64,000 nucleotides of DNA from an uncultured Pseudomonadales bacterium (lineage in GTDB: Bacteria > Patescibacteriota > Microgenomatia > UBA1400 > UBA12108). The position numbers were made by a program, and so were the translations under genes. The notes under the pieces are model-generated. The model saw only the letters and a program-made list of their open reading frames with translations, did no database searches and was not told where the DNA came from. Location: the NCBI GenBank assembly GCA_964502225.1, contig CAZCUC010000004.1, positions 2,641 through 66,640 on the forward strand, written 5' to 3'. This document shows, one piece after another, positions 27,367 through 38,100 of this stretch (its first letter is position 1; each line of letters opens with the position of its first letter).

Positions 27367-29766
27367 CTATCGCCAAGTCGGGAAGAGCTTGAATAAATTG
27401 TCCCAGTAAATGTTTGAGGTAGGCAAGCCATATATCATAGGACTAATCAGGAGTAACCCTAAAACAGAGAGGACAAGAACTAGACGGCGATAAAGAGGAT
27501 TTAAACGTACCAACCAGCTCGCCAAGATAGTAGTCAAAAAGTAGGCGGAGGGAAGGTAGTGGTAAAAAAACATGATGCGAGGCGAAATAACCCAGGGAAT
27601 AAAGAGGACGAAATAAAGTGAATAAAGAATGGAGTATGGATAGAGAAATAGATACTTGAGATTGATAACGGCGGCGAACAACCCTAACCAGAGAATGATC
27701 GGATTGCCAATTGCGTAGATATTGGAGAGAAAGTTGTCCTGATAATTGACGTAGTACCATACTGGCCGCAAATCGAAGATCCATTTGATGGGGGTGGACT
27801 GGTAAGCATGGGTGGCGACCAGGTGCGTGTGGTAATACCACATTTGGCGGTGGAGCTCCCACCACTGCGCCCAGGTATGACCGGCCAAAATAAAAGGAGT
27901 AAAAGTTAGCGTATAAACGGTTAAAACTATTAATGATAAACGGACAGCGAATAAAAAATGTAAGACCCCAGACTTTAGATGCCAGTGTCTAAGCGGATTT
28001 TGATGGAGATAGAGTAGGGCGAGGGGAACGATGCCATAGAGCGCGCTCCACTTGGAGGCAAGCGCAAGACCATAAAGAATGGCGGCTCCTTTCCAGCGAG
28101 ATTTGACCGCCAAGTACATGGACCAAATATAAAAACACAACATATAAGTATCATTCATGGCGATGCGAGATTGAACGAGATGGAGACCTTCGATGCTAAC
28201 TAAAAATGTTGCAAGCAAAGCCAAGTGTTTGTTGCTGGTGAGCGCAGTGAGAAAGAGATATAGTCCTAGCAAACTAACTACGCCAAAGGTGGCCGAGCCA
28301 AACCGCCAACCGAGGCTGTTTTCACCAAACAGCAACATACCAGCGACCATGCCGTACTTGGCGAGAGGAGGGTGAGTCCATTCGTAAGCCACCCCTTCTG
28401 GGGGCGTAGTCCACCACTCCCAGGCCTCGACGTGGTTATTTAAATACTCACGGGAGGTAAAAGCATGGTAGACTTCGTCGAAAATGTAGGCTGGAGGATG
28501 AGAGAGATTGACGAAGCGAAGGAGTGATGCAAAGATCAAGATTCCAACCAGCAACTGATTGGATTTTACTTTAACAAAAATAGATTTTAATAAACTAGGC
28601 CATGACCAAACGAAGACTAACAACAAAGCCGCAAGGACTGTAACCCAAGAAATAAGAGAGATGGTCGAGAGTGAAAATGGCCATATCTGAGCGTGATTGA
28701 CCCAATAGTAAGCACCATACAAATTGAGCGTGAAGGTGGTAGTTAAGAGAGTAAGGGGAATGAGGAGGTAGTAGTCGGTCATGGCGGCCAGCGTGAGAAA
28801 GGGCAATCCAAAAAGAAGGTGCCGCTCATGCATGCGGGTAGTAAAGGTAAAAAAGATAACCATAATAGTCGCGGCAACTCGCCAGGCATACTGGGGAGAA
28901 AAATCTTGTTTGCGCCAAGCATTAAAAGTGAAGAGAGTGAGTGAGACAAAGAGGATGGTGCCCAACGCCTGGCCAGACAAATTGAATACGCTAGTAGAAT
29001 CTGGAATCCAACTCAAGTTGGGATGGAGCGACCAAAAATTGAAAGCGTTGACAGTCAAAAATGGATAGGTACCGGTTTGTGAAGTGATGCGGTCAAAAAT
29101 ATGAGAAACAAAGCCCAGCCCACCTGTAGGAACCCCAGTGAGAAAAAAGGTGATCATGGAAAAAGTAGGTAGTTGCCACCATGGTCGTTTTTGAACGATG
29201 GTGACCAGCCACAGGACAGGTGCCACCAACACCATGATTGGCTTGTAGGCAACTGCCAGTCCAAATAAGATGCTAGAAGAGAGGAGTGAGGTCTGGGGAT
29301 TGATAATTTTTGTAAGCGAGAGTAAGGCAAGAAGTGCAGGGATCGTATCAACTTGGCCCCAAAAAGCGTTGTCGCCGATTAGCGCTGGGGAGAGTAAAAG
29401 GAGGTAAATACTAAGAGAGAAGAGAGAGGATTTGGGAGTAGATTTAGCGATGAAGAAGATCAAGATGAGTTCGAGGACAATATGAAGTAATTTGAATACT
29501 ATCCCAAAAGGCAAGTGGAAAAAATCGGCTACAAGTGAGATAGGGGCGAATGTCAGGATGGGGAGTGGGAGATAATCTGACCAGACGGTACTAAAAAATA
29601 AGCTGGGTGATTGGAGCCAAAATGAACGAGACCAAGACTCGTAGGTACCGATATCGTAATATTGCGCGGGAATTGTGAGTCCGTAGAGACGGACGAGGAT
29701 GGCAGTCACCCAAACTAGTGTTAAGAAGTATATTTTATTTTGCCAAATTTGCTTTAACATAAGCAT
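27367..29766 (-). CDS. large GT-C family glycosyltransferase (PMT/GT39-like phospho-lipid-carrier dependent O-mannosyltransferase-like), two fused GT-C halves
   Basis: 799 aa with more than 20 TM segments; second half carries the PMT-type DE motif region IFDEVYHAFTSREYL...THPPLAKY. Confidence 0.65.
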   Translation of the reverse strand: MLMLKQIWQNKIYFLTLVWVTAILVRLYGLTIPAQYYDIGTYESWSRSFWLQSPSLFFSTVWSDYLPLPILTFAPISLVADFFHLPFGIVFKLLHIVLELILIFFIAKSTPKSSLFSLSIYLLLLSPALIGDNAFWGQVDTIPALLALLSLTKIINPQTSLLSSSILFGLAVAYKPIMVLVAPVLWLVTIVQKRPWWQLPTFSMITFFLTGVPTGGLGFVSHIFDRITSQTGTYPFLTVNAFNFWSLHPNLSWIPDSTSVFNLSGQALGTILFVSLTLFTFNAWRKQDFSPQYAWRVAATIMVIFFTFTTRMHERHLLFGLPFLTLAAMTDYYLLIPLTLLTTTFTLNLYGAYYWVNHAQIWPFSLSTISLISWVTVLAALLLVFVWSWPSLLKSIFVKVKSNQLLVGILIFASLLRFVNLSHPPAYIFDEVYHAFTSREYLNNHVEAWEWWTTPPEGVAYEWTHPPLAKYGMVAGMLLFGENSLGWRFGSATFGVVSLLGLYLFLTALTSNKHLALLATFLVSIEGLHLVQSRIAMNDTYMLCFYIWSMYLAVKSRWKGAAILYGLALASKWSALYGIVPLALLYLHQNPLRHWHLKSGVLHFLFAVRLSLIVLTVYTLTFTPFILAGHTWAQWWELHRQMWYYHTHLVATHAYQSTPIKWIFDLRPVWYYVNYQDNFLSNIYAIGNPIILWLGLFAAVINLKYLFLYPYSILYSLYFVLFIPWVISPRIMFFYHYLPSAYFLTTILASWLVRLNPLYRRLVLVLSVLGLLLISPMIYGLPTSNIYWDNLFKLFPTWR

Positions 29767-30706
29767 GAAGATCCTCTTGCGTGGTTGTCGGGATCAAAAC
29801 CCATTGCCCACCATATTCACGAGTAGATTTGGGGTTCTTGAGATGATCGGTGAGAACAATACTAGAAATATTGTCTTGGTTGCCTAGGGATAAGGCGAGT
29901 TTGATAAAGCTCCCCTGTTCGACGCTCGTAATATCTGTATCGATGGAGGAGGACAAGTTGGATTTTAACCGCTCGATAATTTCGGTATTAAAGAGAGTGC
30001 CAGCAGAAAAAAGCTTGTCTCGAAAAGCGAGGATTATTTTTTGTTGTCTCTGACCACGAGCAAAGTCGGTACCCTCCTCCCCCTGCGCATAACGCGATCG
30101 AGCAAATTTGAGAGCAGTAGCACCATCTAGATGAGTCCTGCCAGCTTCAAAATGAATATGTTCATATCTATCACTCTCTGGTTCGACTGTTTCCTTGCCG
30201 GGAATCGGATATTTGTAATCATCGAAAGTGTTGTCGATGGTTAAGTCGATCCCACCGACAGAGTCGATGGCTTTGACGAACCCACTAAAATCGACAAGGA
30301 GAAGATAGTGGATGGGTACCCCCAAAACCTCTGACACGGCCGATTTGGCCAGGTCCCGTCCTCCCCCATCACGTCGCTCGTTGCCGTAGTGATAAGCAGT
30401 ATTGATTTTGGCTTTTAGAGAGGGAACCCAGATGTCTCTTGGGATAGAGATCGTAGTGCCAGTATTATTTTTGAGATTGAGCGAGAGTACTAGCATGCTA
30501 TCGGTCAAATCAGAGCCTTCGTGGCCGGCGCCACCAATGCCTAAAAGTAAAATGTTGGTGTTACCCTCGTATGAATTGAGGACAGAGGAAGGATCTGAAA
30601 TAACGCCGCTCACGATGTTTTTGACAGTCTGGTTGCGAACATACCACGAGACAGTCAAGACACAAGCCGACAAAAATATCGCAAGAAGTATTTTTTTAGC
30701 CAACAT
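29735..30706 (-). CDS. LytR-CpsA-Psr (LCP) family cell-envelope polymer transferase
   Basis: N-terminal TM plus LCP core (LLLGIGGAGHEGSDLTDSMLVLSL...ISIPRD); start either 30706 (MLAKK) or 30775. Confidence 0.75.
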   Translation of the reverse strand: MLAKKILLAIFLSACVLTVSWYVRNQTVKNIVSGVISDPSSVLNSYEGNTNILLLGIGGAGHEGSDLTDSMLVLSLNLKNNTGTTISIPRDIWVPSLKAKINTAYHYGNERRDGGGRDLAKSAVSEVLGVPIHYLLLVDFSGFVKAIDSVGGIDLTIDNTFDDYKYPIPGKETVEPESDRYEHIHFEAGRTHLDGATALKFARSRYAQGEEGTDFARGQRQQKIILAFRDKLFSAGTLFNTEIIERLKSNLSSSIDTDITSVEQGSFIKLALSLGNQDNISSIVLTDHLKNPKSTREYGGQWVLIPTTTQEDLHAYVKANLAK

Positions 30707-31358
30707 GGGAACACTCGCGAATAATAGATAAAAAACTAGCTGGATCAAGAGAGGCAGTCGCAACCAATACGCCATTTAATCCCAGAGGGAGAAGCTGTGA
30801 GACATTGTCTGGTGTGACAGATCCACCATAGATAACCTTGGAACTAGGAGCAAATGAGCGAATCTCGGCAACCACTTCTTTGATTAAACTAATGGGTGCG
30901 ATCGTGGTGCCACCGATATCCGCAGATGGTTCGAAGCAGAAGAGAGAGTTGTCGATTAGATCGTCGTCGAGGAGAGCAAATTGGGGTGCGATTTGATTGC
31001 GCTCTAGGCAGACTAGTGGAGTGATTCCGACTGCGAGCAATTCTTTGATCTTACTAGCGATATCTGCGGGAGTTTCGTGGAAATACCTGCGCCGCTCCGA
31101 GTGGCCGACAATGGCATACTTTACCCCATAGTCCAGGAGTTGAGTTGCGTTGACGGCGCCAGTGTATGAGCCTACGGGGAAGGGAGAGACATCCTGGGCA
31201 CAGAGTGAGAGACTAGAAGAGAAATGCGAGAAGAGAGGAAGATGAAGAAATGAGGGGGCGATGACCATACCAGGCACAGGTTTGACGGCTGTAAGCCAAG
31301 ATTGAACCTGCTCTTTAGTTAAATTGGACTTGAAGTTGGCGATAACAAGGAAGTTCAT
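30696..31358 (-). CDS. tpiA: triosephosphate isomerase
   Basis: ANFKSN, AIVGHSERR, YGGSV motifs; start moved to MNFLVIANFK. Confidence 0.85.
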   Translation of the reverse strand: MNFLVIANFKSNLTKEQVQSWLTAVKPVPGMVIAPSFLHLPLFSHFSSSLSLCAQDVSPFPVGSYTGAVNATQLLDYGVKYAIVGHSERRRYFHETPADIASKIKELLAVGITPLVCLERNQIAPQFALLDDDLIDNSLFCFEPSADIGGTTIAPISLIKEVVAEIRSFAPSSKVIYGGSVTPDNVSQLLPLGLNGVLVATASLDPASFLSIIRECSHVG

Positions 31359-31396
31359 AGAAGTAGTATAACCCAAGCGGGTATTTTTGGGGTATT

Positions 31397-33415
31397 ATGG
31401 ATGACATGGCATTTGTATACCTAGACGAACTTAACAACGAACAGAAAGCCGCAGTTGAACATAAGGGATCTCCTCTCCTTATTATGGCTGGAGCAGGGAG
31501 CGGCAAAACTAAAACTCTAACATACAAGGCGGCTTACTTGATCCATAGCGGTACTATTAGCCCTGATCAACTCCTGATGGTGACATTCACTAATAAGGCC
31601 GCGGGAGAGATGAAGGAGAGACTGCTCAAGGTAGTGGGTAAGCGAGTGCCGAATGTAGGCACTTTTCACTCTATGTCTGCCAAGATCTTGCGACGGGACA
31701 GCGAGGCCGCAGGACTGTCGCGCGATTTTGTGATTTACGATGACGGCGATCAGGAAGCGCTGGTTAAGGAAATTATGGGCACTCTTTCGGTTGATCCCAA
31801 GCGCTACAAACCGCGGTCTCTCATGTCAACGATCTCAAGCGCCAAACAAGAAATGGTCAACCCTGAACAATATACCTCGATGGCGCACGGACCATTTCAG
31901 GAAGTGGCGGCGCAAGTATATGAAAAATACCAAAAACAACTAAAAGCTTACGGGGCAGTCGATTTTGACGACTTACTCAATCTGACAGTCCGACTCCTGC
32001 AAGAGAATCCAGCAATTTTAGAAAAGTATCAAGATTTATTTCGTTATATTTTTGTTGATGAGTACCAAGATACTAATACGGCTCAGTACCTCTTTACCAC
32101 CTTACTTGCCCGCAAGTACAAGCAACTGACCGTGGTTGGGGATGCCTCTCAATCTATTTACCGATGGAGAGGGGCTGATTATCGCAATATGGCTAAACTA
32201 AAAAAAGAATATAGTAACTTGACTGAACTAAAACTGTCCCGCAACTATCGCTCAACCCAGAATATTCTGGACGCTGCGTATCAGGTTATTGGCCACAACA
32301 AGAACCACCCAATTCTTTCGCTCTGGACTGAGGAAGGCGCTGGGGACAAAATTACTCTGATCGAAGCGTACAGCGGAAGCGATGAAGCTGGGAGGATCGT
32401 CGATGAGCTGCAACGGTTGCATAGCGGGTCGACACAGGGGTCAACCCCTACAAAATGGAATGAAATGGCGCTCTTGTATCGCACCAACGCGCAATCGCGC
32501 AGTATTGAAGAAGGTTTTATCCGTGCTGGGATACCCTACGTACTCATCGGGGGGACTAAATTTTATGAGCGCAAGGAAATAAAGGATCTCCTCTCCTATC
32601 TGCGCGTGGTGCTGAACCCCGAGGACCAGATTAGTTTTAAGAGAGTGGAGAAACTAGGTAAGCGCAAGCTAGCACAAGTACAAAATATCCCGTATGAAAT
32701 GGACGTGCAGGCGGCCACTCCATCGGAACTACTGGAAAAAGTACTCGAGAACTCGCAGTATCTCCAACAGTTTGACGAAGAAATTGAAGAAGAGCTGGCG
32801 AGAATTGAAAATATTAAAGAACTCCAGTCCGTGGCCACGGAATTTGATAACCTAAGCGAATTTTTAGAGAATATTGCGCTCGTACAAAGTGAATACTCGG
32901 AAGGTGAGAAATTTGGCAGTGACAGCAAGCGCGACGCTGTTACTTTGATGACACTGCACGCCGCCAAGGGACTAGAATTCCCCATCGTTTTTCTGATAGG
33001 AATGGAGGAAGGACTGTTCCCCCACTCCCGTTCGCTGATGGAGGTCGAGGAGATGGAGGAGGAGCGAAGACTGGCTTACGTGGGCATCACTAGAGCGAAA
33101 TATAAACTATACCTGTCGTGGGCCAAGCAGAGAGTGGTGTGGGGTAACACCAGTGCTCAGAATAGATCGAGGTTTATTGATGAGATTGATCCAACGTTAT
33201 TTCAGTACGTCAGACAATCGGAAAACTCAGATAAAGGGAGTGTCGATAAATCAGATTATCTGGGTATCGGAAAGTCAGAAAAAGATTTTTGGACACAGCA
33301 TGGAGCTGAGTTTAAGACGAAAAAATCGGGAATCAGAATCGATGCCCTCCGCGACGATACCCTAGATGATTTTCTCTCTGGCAATATGTCAGTTGAGGAT
33401 CTCTTAAATCGTTAA
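31397..33415 (+). CDS. pcrA: ATP-dependent DNA helicase PcrA/UvrD
   Basis: SF1 motifs AGAGSGKT, DEYQDTN, VGDASQSIYRWRGA, TLHAAKGLEF; alternative leaderless start at 31406. Confidence 0.9.
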   Translation: MDDMAFVYLDELNNEQKAAVEHKGSPLLIMAGAGSGKTKTLTYKAAYLIHSGTISPDQLLMVTFTNKAAGEMKERLLKVVGKRVPNVGTFHSMSAKILRRDSEAAGLSRDFVIYDDGDQEALVKEIMGTLSVDPKRYKPRSLMSTISSAKQEMVNPEQYTSMAHGPFQEVAAQVYEKYQKQLKAYGAVDFDDLLNLTVRLLQENPAILEKYQDLFRYIFVDEYQDTNTAQYLFTTLLARKYKQLTVVGDASQSIYRWRGADYRNMAKLKKEYSNLTELKLSRNYRSTQNILDAAYQVIGHNKNHPILSLWTEEGAGDKITLIEAYSGSDEAGRIVDELQRLHSGSTQGSTPTKWNEMALLYRTNAQSRSIEEGFIRAGIPYVLIGGTKFYERKEIKDLLSYLRVVLNPEDQISFKRVEKLGKRKLAQVQNIPYEMDVQAATPSELLEKVLENSQYLQQFDEEIEEELARIENIKELQSVATEFDNLSEFLENIALVQSEYSEGEKFGSDSKRDAVTLMTLHAAKGLEFPIVFLIGMEEGLFPHSRSLMEVEEMEEERRLAYVGITRAKYKLYLSWAKQRVVWGNTSAQNRSRFIDEIDPTLFQYVRQSENSDKGSVDKSDYLGIGKSEKDFWTQHGAEFKTKKSGIRIDALRDDTLDDFLSGNMSVEDLLNR

Positions 33416-33504
33416 TCCGTGTAGCCGTATATCAGTAAATCCGTCAATCGGACCCGCCTGCAAAAGCTATCGCTTTAGCGACCGCGGGCAGGTAGAATGA
33501 AGAT

Positions 33505-34497
33505 ATGATTTCAAAGACTGAATGGAATAAACAAGTAGATCACCCACTACAGGCTTACGAGTGGGGGGAGTTTAGGCAGGCTACTGGAGTAAAGGTAGTG
33601 AGAGAGAGTGGGATGCAGATTACGATCCACAAGATTCCGCACACCCCCTGGAATGTAGGATATGCACCAAAGACGGGGATGATAACGGAGAAACAAAGTA
33701 GCGTCCTCAGTAAAGTCGCAAAAGAGAATAATTGTATTTTTATCAAAGTGGAGCCGAAGATAGAAATGCAAGATTCTAGGAGAGAGATGTTGGATTTTAG
33801 GAAATGGGGATTTGTCGCAGGGCGACCACTGTTTACCAAATTTAACTTTGTGCTGGATGTGACTCCGAGTGAAGAGGTACTGCTCTCGAGCTTTAAACAG
33901 AAAACTAGGTACAACATTAAAGTGGCAGAGAAACGAGGAGTAACAGTAGAAATTGATAATAGTGAGGCCGCATTTGAGCGATACTTACAACTGACCGAAG
34001 AGACCACTAAACGACAAGGTTTTTATGCTCACTCGCGTGAGTACCACAAAAGGATGTGGGAGGTGCTAAATAATTCTCCAATCTCAAATTCTCAAATTCT
34101 CAAATTGAGCGCAAATCTATTGGTTGCGAGATATCAGGGCGAGATAATTACAACCTGGGTGCTGTTTAGCTTTGGCGACACGCTCTACTACCCCTACGGT
34201 GCTAGTACCAGAGAACATCGAGAGGTAATGGCGAACAATCTAGTAATGTGGGAGGCGATCAAGTTGGCCAAGAAATGGGGACTGCGATATCTGGATATGT
34301 GGGGAGCACTAGGGCCTGAACCAGATAGTCACGATCCGTGGTACGGATTCCATAACTTTAAATCGGGATACGGGGCACGACATGTCGAGTACGTAGGTAC
34401 ATGGGATTACGTGGCCATGCCACTACTGTACAAACTTTACAGAGTGGGTGAGAAGTTGAGATGGTGGTGGCTACGAACCAAAAAAGCTCGTGACTAG
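33505..34497 (+). CDS. FemAB-family peptidoglycan interpeptide-bridge peptidyltransferase-like protein
   Basis: FemABX-like twin GNAT-fold layout, TRYNIKVAEKRGV-type motif. Confidence 0.55.
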   Translation: MISKTEWNKQVDHPLQAYEWGEFRQATGVKVVRESGMQITIHKIPHTPWNVGYAPKTGMITEKQSSVLSKVAKENNCIFIKVEPKIEMQDSRREMLDFRKWGFVAGRPLFTKFNFVLDVTPSEEVLLSSFKQKTRYNIKVAEKRGVTVEIDNSEAAFERYLQLTEETTKRQGFYAHSREYHKRMWEVLNNSPISNSQILKLSANLLVARYQGEIITTWVLFSFGDTLYYPYGASTREHREVMANNLVMWEAIKLAKKWGLRYLDMWGALGPEPDSHDPWYGFHNFKSGYGARHVEYVGTWDYVAMPLLYKLYRVGEKLRWWWLRTKKARD

Positions 34498-34524
34498 AGG
34501 CAGGATATAGATTAGTCACGAGCT
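34485..34524. terminator. inverted repeat (12-bp arms, 16-nt loop) between convergent femAB-like and histone-like genes
   Basis: agctcgtgacta ... tagtcacgagct. Confidence 0.3.
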
Positions 34525-34531
34525 ACTTCGG

Positions 34532-34717
34532 TTATTTGCGTTTTTTAGCAACTTTTTTGACGGTTTTCTTGACAACTTTCTTTACAGGTTTCTTAGCGAC
34601 TTTTTTAACTACTTTTTTAACAGTCTTTTTGACAGCTTTTTTAGGAGCAGCTTTCTTGGCTGGAGCTTTCTTTACTGATTTCTTGGACAACAATTTTTTG
34701 AATAGTTTTTTTAGCAT
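34532..34717 (-). CDS. Lys/Ala-rich histone H1-like DNA-binding protein (61 aa)
   Basis: (KKxVKK)n repeats; start at MLKKLFKK with an AGGTGA SD. Confidence 0.55.
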   Translation of the reverse strand: MLKKLFKKLLSKKSVKKAPAKKAAPKKAVKKTVKKVVKKVAKKPVKKVVKKTVKKVAKKRK

Positions 34718-34757
34718 GAGATTATTCACCTCTCTCTCTGATTGCAAGTTTAAATAA

Positions 34758-35057
34758 TTATTTTTCGCGTTGGACGGTAATTGTGCACTCGGTTAGGAGA
34801 GCGGCAATTGCACCGATAACAACCAAGGGTGGAAGGAGGAGAGCTCCGACTACTCCAGCAGTGACGGGAAGAGAGAGGATTACTTTGCCCTTGCTGTCTT
34901 TGACAGTGATTTTGCGGACATTACCCTCTTTGATCAAAGCTTTGACTTTGCTAACTACTTTCTTGCCTTCGACTTTGAATTCTTCCTGAGTTTTTTTACT
35001 AACTAAGGGTTTTTTGACTTTCTTTTTTGCGGGCATAGTGATTCCTTCCTTCGACAA
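34758..35057 (-). CDS. DUF4342-like small protein (Lys-rich N-terminus, hydrophobic C-terminal segment)
   Basis: KITVKDSKGKVILSLPVTAGVVGALLLPPLVVIGAIAALLTECTITVQR. Confidence 0.45.
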   Translation of the reverse strand: MSKEGITMPAKKKVKKPLVSKKTQEEFKVEGKKVVSKVKALIKEGNVRKITVKDSKGKVILSLPVTAGVVGALLLPPLVVIGAIAALLTECTITVQREK

Positions 35058-35138
35058 GCTCAGGACAAGCTTTGTATTTATATAACAAATTAATTAAATC
35101 ACATTAAATGAAATGTATATATAGCTATAAAGATAAAA

Positions 35139-38100
35139 TTATTTAACGGGCAGACCGTTTTGATAACAATGGTCTTTGAAATAGCAGTTTTCGCATTTTT
35201 TAAGGTCAGTGGTGCGGGGGAACTTTAGTGAGCGGATCGAATCCATGGAGAAATGAATAGTCTTTTTGAGTTTTTCGATTTGCTCATCATTCACCTGGAA
35301 GCTGCGCTCACCGGATTTGCCTTTGAGATTTGGCTCTTCGACGAAGTCGAGCATACCCTCCCCGAATTTGTAATTGAGACTCTTATCGGAATCGATGAGG
35401 AGTTTGTAGAACTCTAGCTGGCGGAGTAATTCCCCGTCACTATCCTGGGTCGTGCCTTCTATTTGCCCCATGGTTTTGGGCTGGCCGGTTTTGTAGTCCA
35501 CTACTTTCACCGTGCGACTTGCTTGGTCAGACCACTCTAACCGGTCGAGCTTACCAGTCAACTGAATGTCGCCCAAGTTGGCTCGCAAATTTTTCTCGGT
35601 GGCGAGTGGGAGACTGAAGTGATCCTCATTCAGTTTAAAGTAGGCAGTTAAGACCTCTTCACCTTTTTTCAAATAAACAGTTAAATCTTGCTTGGTAATA
35701 ACTGAGGCGGTGAGGGCAGAGCGGAACTGGGAGAGTAAGTATTCGAGATTTGGGGGAACGCCATCCTCTTTGAATTTCAAATAGAAATGCTCTAAGGCAC
35801 TATGGATCGCCGTGCCAAAAGTTAAGTGGGCTTTTTTGGCGTGGGGAACTTTTAACAATTTATCGAGCTTAAATTTGTAGGCACAGTATAGATAGGAGTT
35901 AAGTGAAGTGGCGGCCAGTTTGAAGTCATCCACGATGTCCTGTAAGTAGGCTTTTTCACTCTCTAGCGTGTCTTGCACGGCCTGACTGCCGAGAATCGTT
36001 TCGATGTGTTTGTGGGCGGTTTCTTCTACTTGGGTCACATCAATTGCTGTAAGGAGATCGCCATTTAATTCTTCTAGGAACATGGTGGGACTAGCAATAG
36101 TCGCTTTGCCGTAGCTAGAGTAGGTGTTGGCACGAGTGATCGTCAGATTAGATTTGGCACGGGTCATGGCCACATAGAAGAGCCTACGCTCGTCTTCGTT
36201 TTTCTCTTTGTCGGAGGGCTTCACATTTTTTAGTAAAGACCCAGGGAGAGTGATGAGCTCGGCTTTTTTGTTGTTGCCCCAGTTGCCATCGATGGCCTTA
36301 TAAATATAAACATGCTCCCATTCCAAACCCTTGCTTTTGTGGGCGGTGGTTAAAGTAATGGCGTCACGACTGACACCGTAGCTCGATTCTTCGATGCGGA
36401 TATGATTCTCTTCCATAATCTCCAAATTTTCGATGAAGCCTTTGAGATCCAAGTTGTGGTCAGAGCGATTCATACGCTTAACCTCGTCGAACAAGGTATT
36501 CATTTTGGCTAGGCGGTGAGTGGCACCACGTACCTGTTCTTTGTAGACTGTTCCTTCGTCTAAGATCCAGTTGAGATAGCCGGATTTATTTAAGACGTCT
36601 TCAAAAAATTCCACAAAGGTTTTGTTGGCGTCTAGGCTCTGCCAGTTTTGGAGCTTGGTAAAGGTCGCGTCGATTTGCTCGCGTGAGGATAGATCTAGAG
36701 TGGAGAGCGAGTCGGGATTGCCCAGCACATCAAATAGGGTAAGGCGAGCAGACCCTGCTTCCCTCGCAATTTTTAGGACATCGAGAGGGTTGATGCCAAA
36801 AATATCGTAGTGGAGAATGGTAAACAAATCTTCGTCTTCTAACTTCTCTCGCATTTCATAAATGACTTTGAGGATTTTGAGAAAGTTGCGCACCGTAGGG
36901 TCTGATAAGACATTGGCTCCGCCCTGCACGGTGTAGTCGATGCCGTACTTGGAGAGCGTATCGGCAATCACCGTAGCCTCGAAGTTTTTGTGGTAGATCA
37001 CGGCGATGTCGCTAGGGGCAACACCCGTCTTTACTTTCTGCTTGATATTCTCGGCAATAAAAATAGCCTCAGCAGTGTTGCCACTGAGCTGTGCGGTGCC
37101 GATTTTGTCCCCTGCCCCAATTTGAGAAATGAGGTGGGGATCGATACCTGGCACCACATCGTTAATCCGTAGATTGTTGTTTACGATCAGTGAGTCGGCG
37201 ACGTCTAAAATATTTTGAGTACTACGATAATTTTGTTTGAGGGTGATAACGGTAGCACCTGGGTACGCTTGTACGAATGAAAGTTGATTTTCGATAGAGG
37301 CACCCTGGAAACGCATAATACTTTGATCGGGGTCACCGGTCACAAATACGTTGGCCTCAGTGCCCCAGTATTTGGCAAGGAGTAGCATGAGCTCGTTTTG
37401 GGCAGAGTTGGTGTCCTGATACTCGTCGACTAAAATATACAAATATTTTTCTTGGCAGGAAAATAAGAGTTCGTCGTTTGATTTAAAGGCGTCCACCACA
37501 CTCGTGATCATGTCCTCGAAATCAAAGCTCCCCTCTTCTTTTAATACTACTTGGTATTTGCGAAATAGCTGGTTGAGCTCTTGGTTCTTGGCGAGATTGC
37601 GCTGACGTTTGGCTATTTCGGTTTTCTTTAATTCGCTCACGTCATCGGATTTGAGAAAATGATCTTCTTGGATAAGTAGCTCGTCGAACTCATCGGGATC
37701 GACTCCCTCTCTTTTTAAATCACTGATAGCACTAAGGATTGCAGAGGCATAATGGTAGGGCGCACCAGTTGGACGCAAAACCTTGAGATTTGTTTTGTCT
37801 ATTAGTCCGCGAACGAGTTTGAGTCGCTCTAAATCGGATAAAGGTTCACTCGCGGGGTTGATTGTAAAGACGTCGGGATTGTCTTTGATCACGCCCTGAC
37901 AAAAGGCGTGGAAAGTAGAGATGTTGGCGTAATAGGCTTCGGAGCCAATCATCTGTGTGAGGCGTGATTTCATCGCACGTGCGCCTGACTCGGTGTAGGT
38001 AAGGGCGAGGATGGAGCTGGCTGGCGTGTCTGTTTTACGGATAATGTTGGCGATACGGAGTGCCAAGGTTTGGGTCTTGCCGGTACCCGGACCGGCGACC

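Noticed and set aside
33440-33500. GC-rich motif pair cccgcctgc / gcgggcagg upstream of the femAB-like gene
   Set aside because: The two motifs are complementary but not reverse-complementary, so they cannot form a hairpin.
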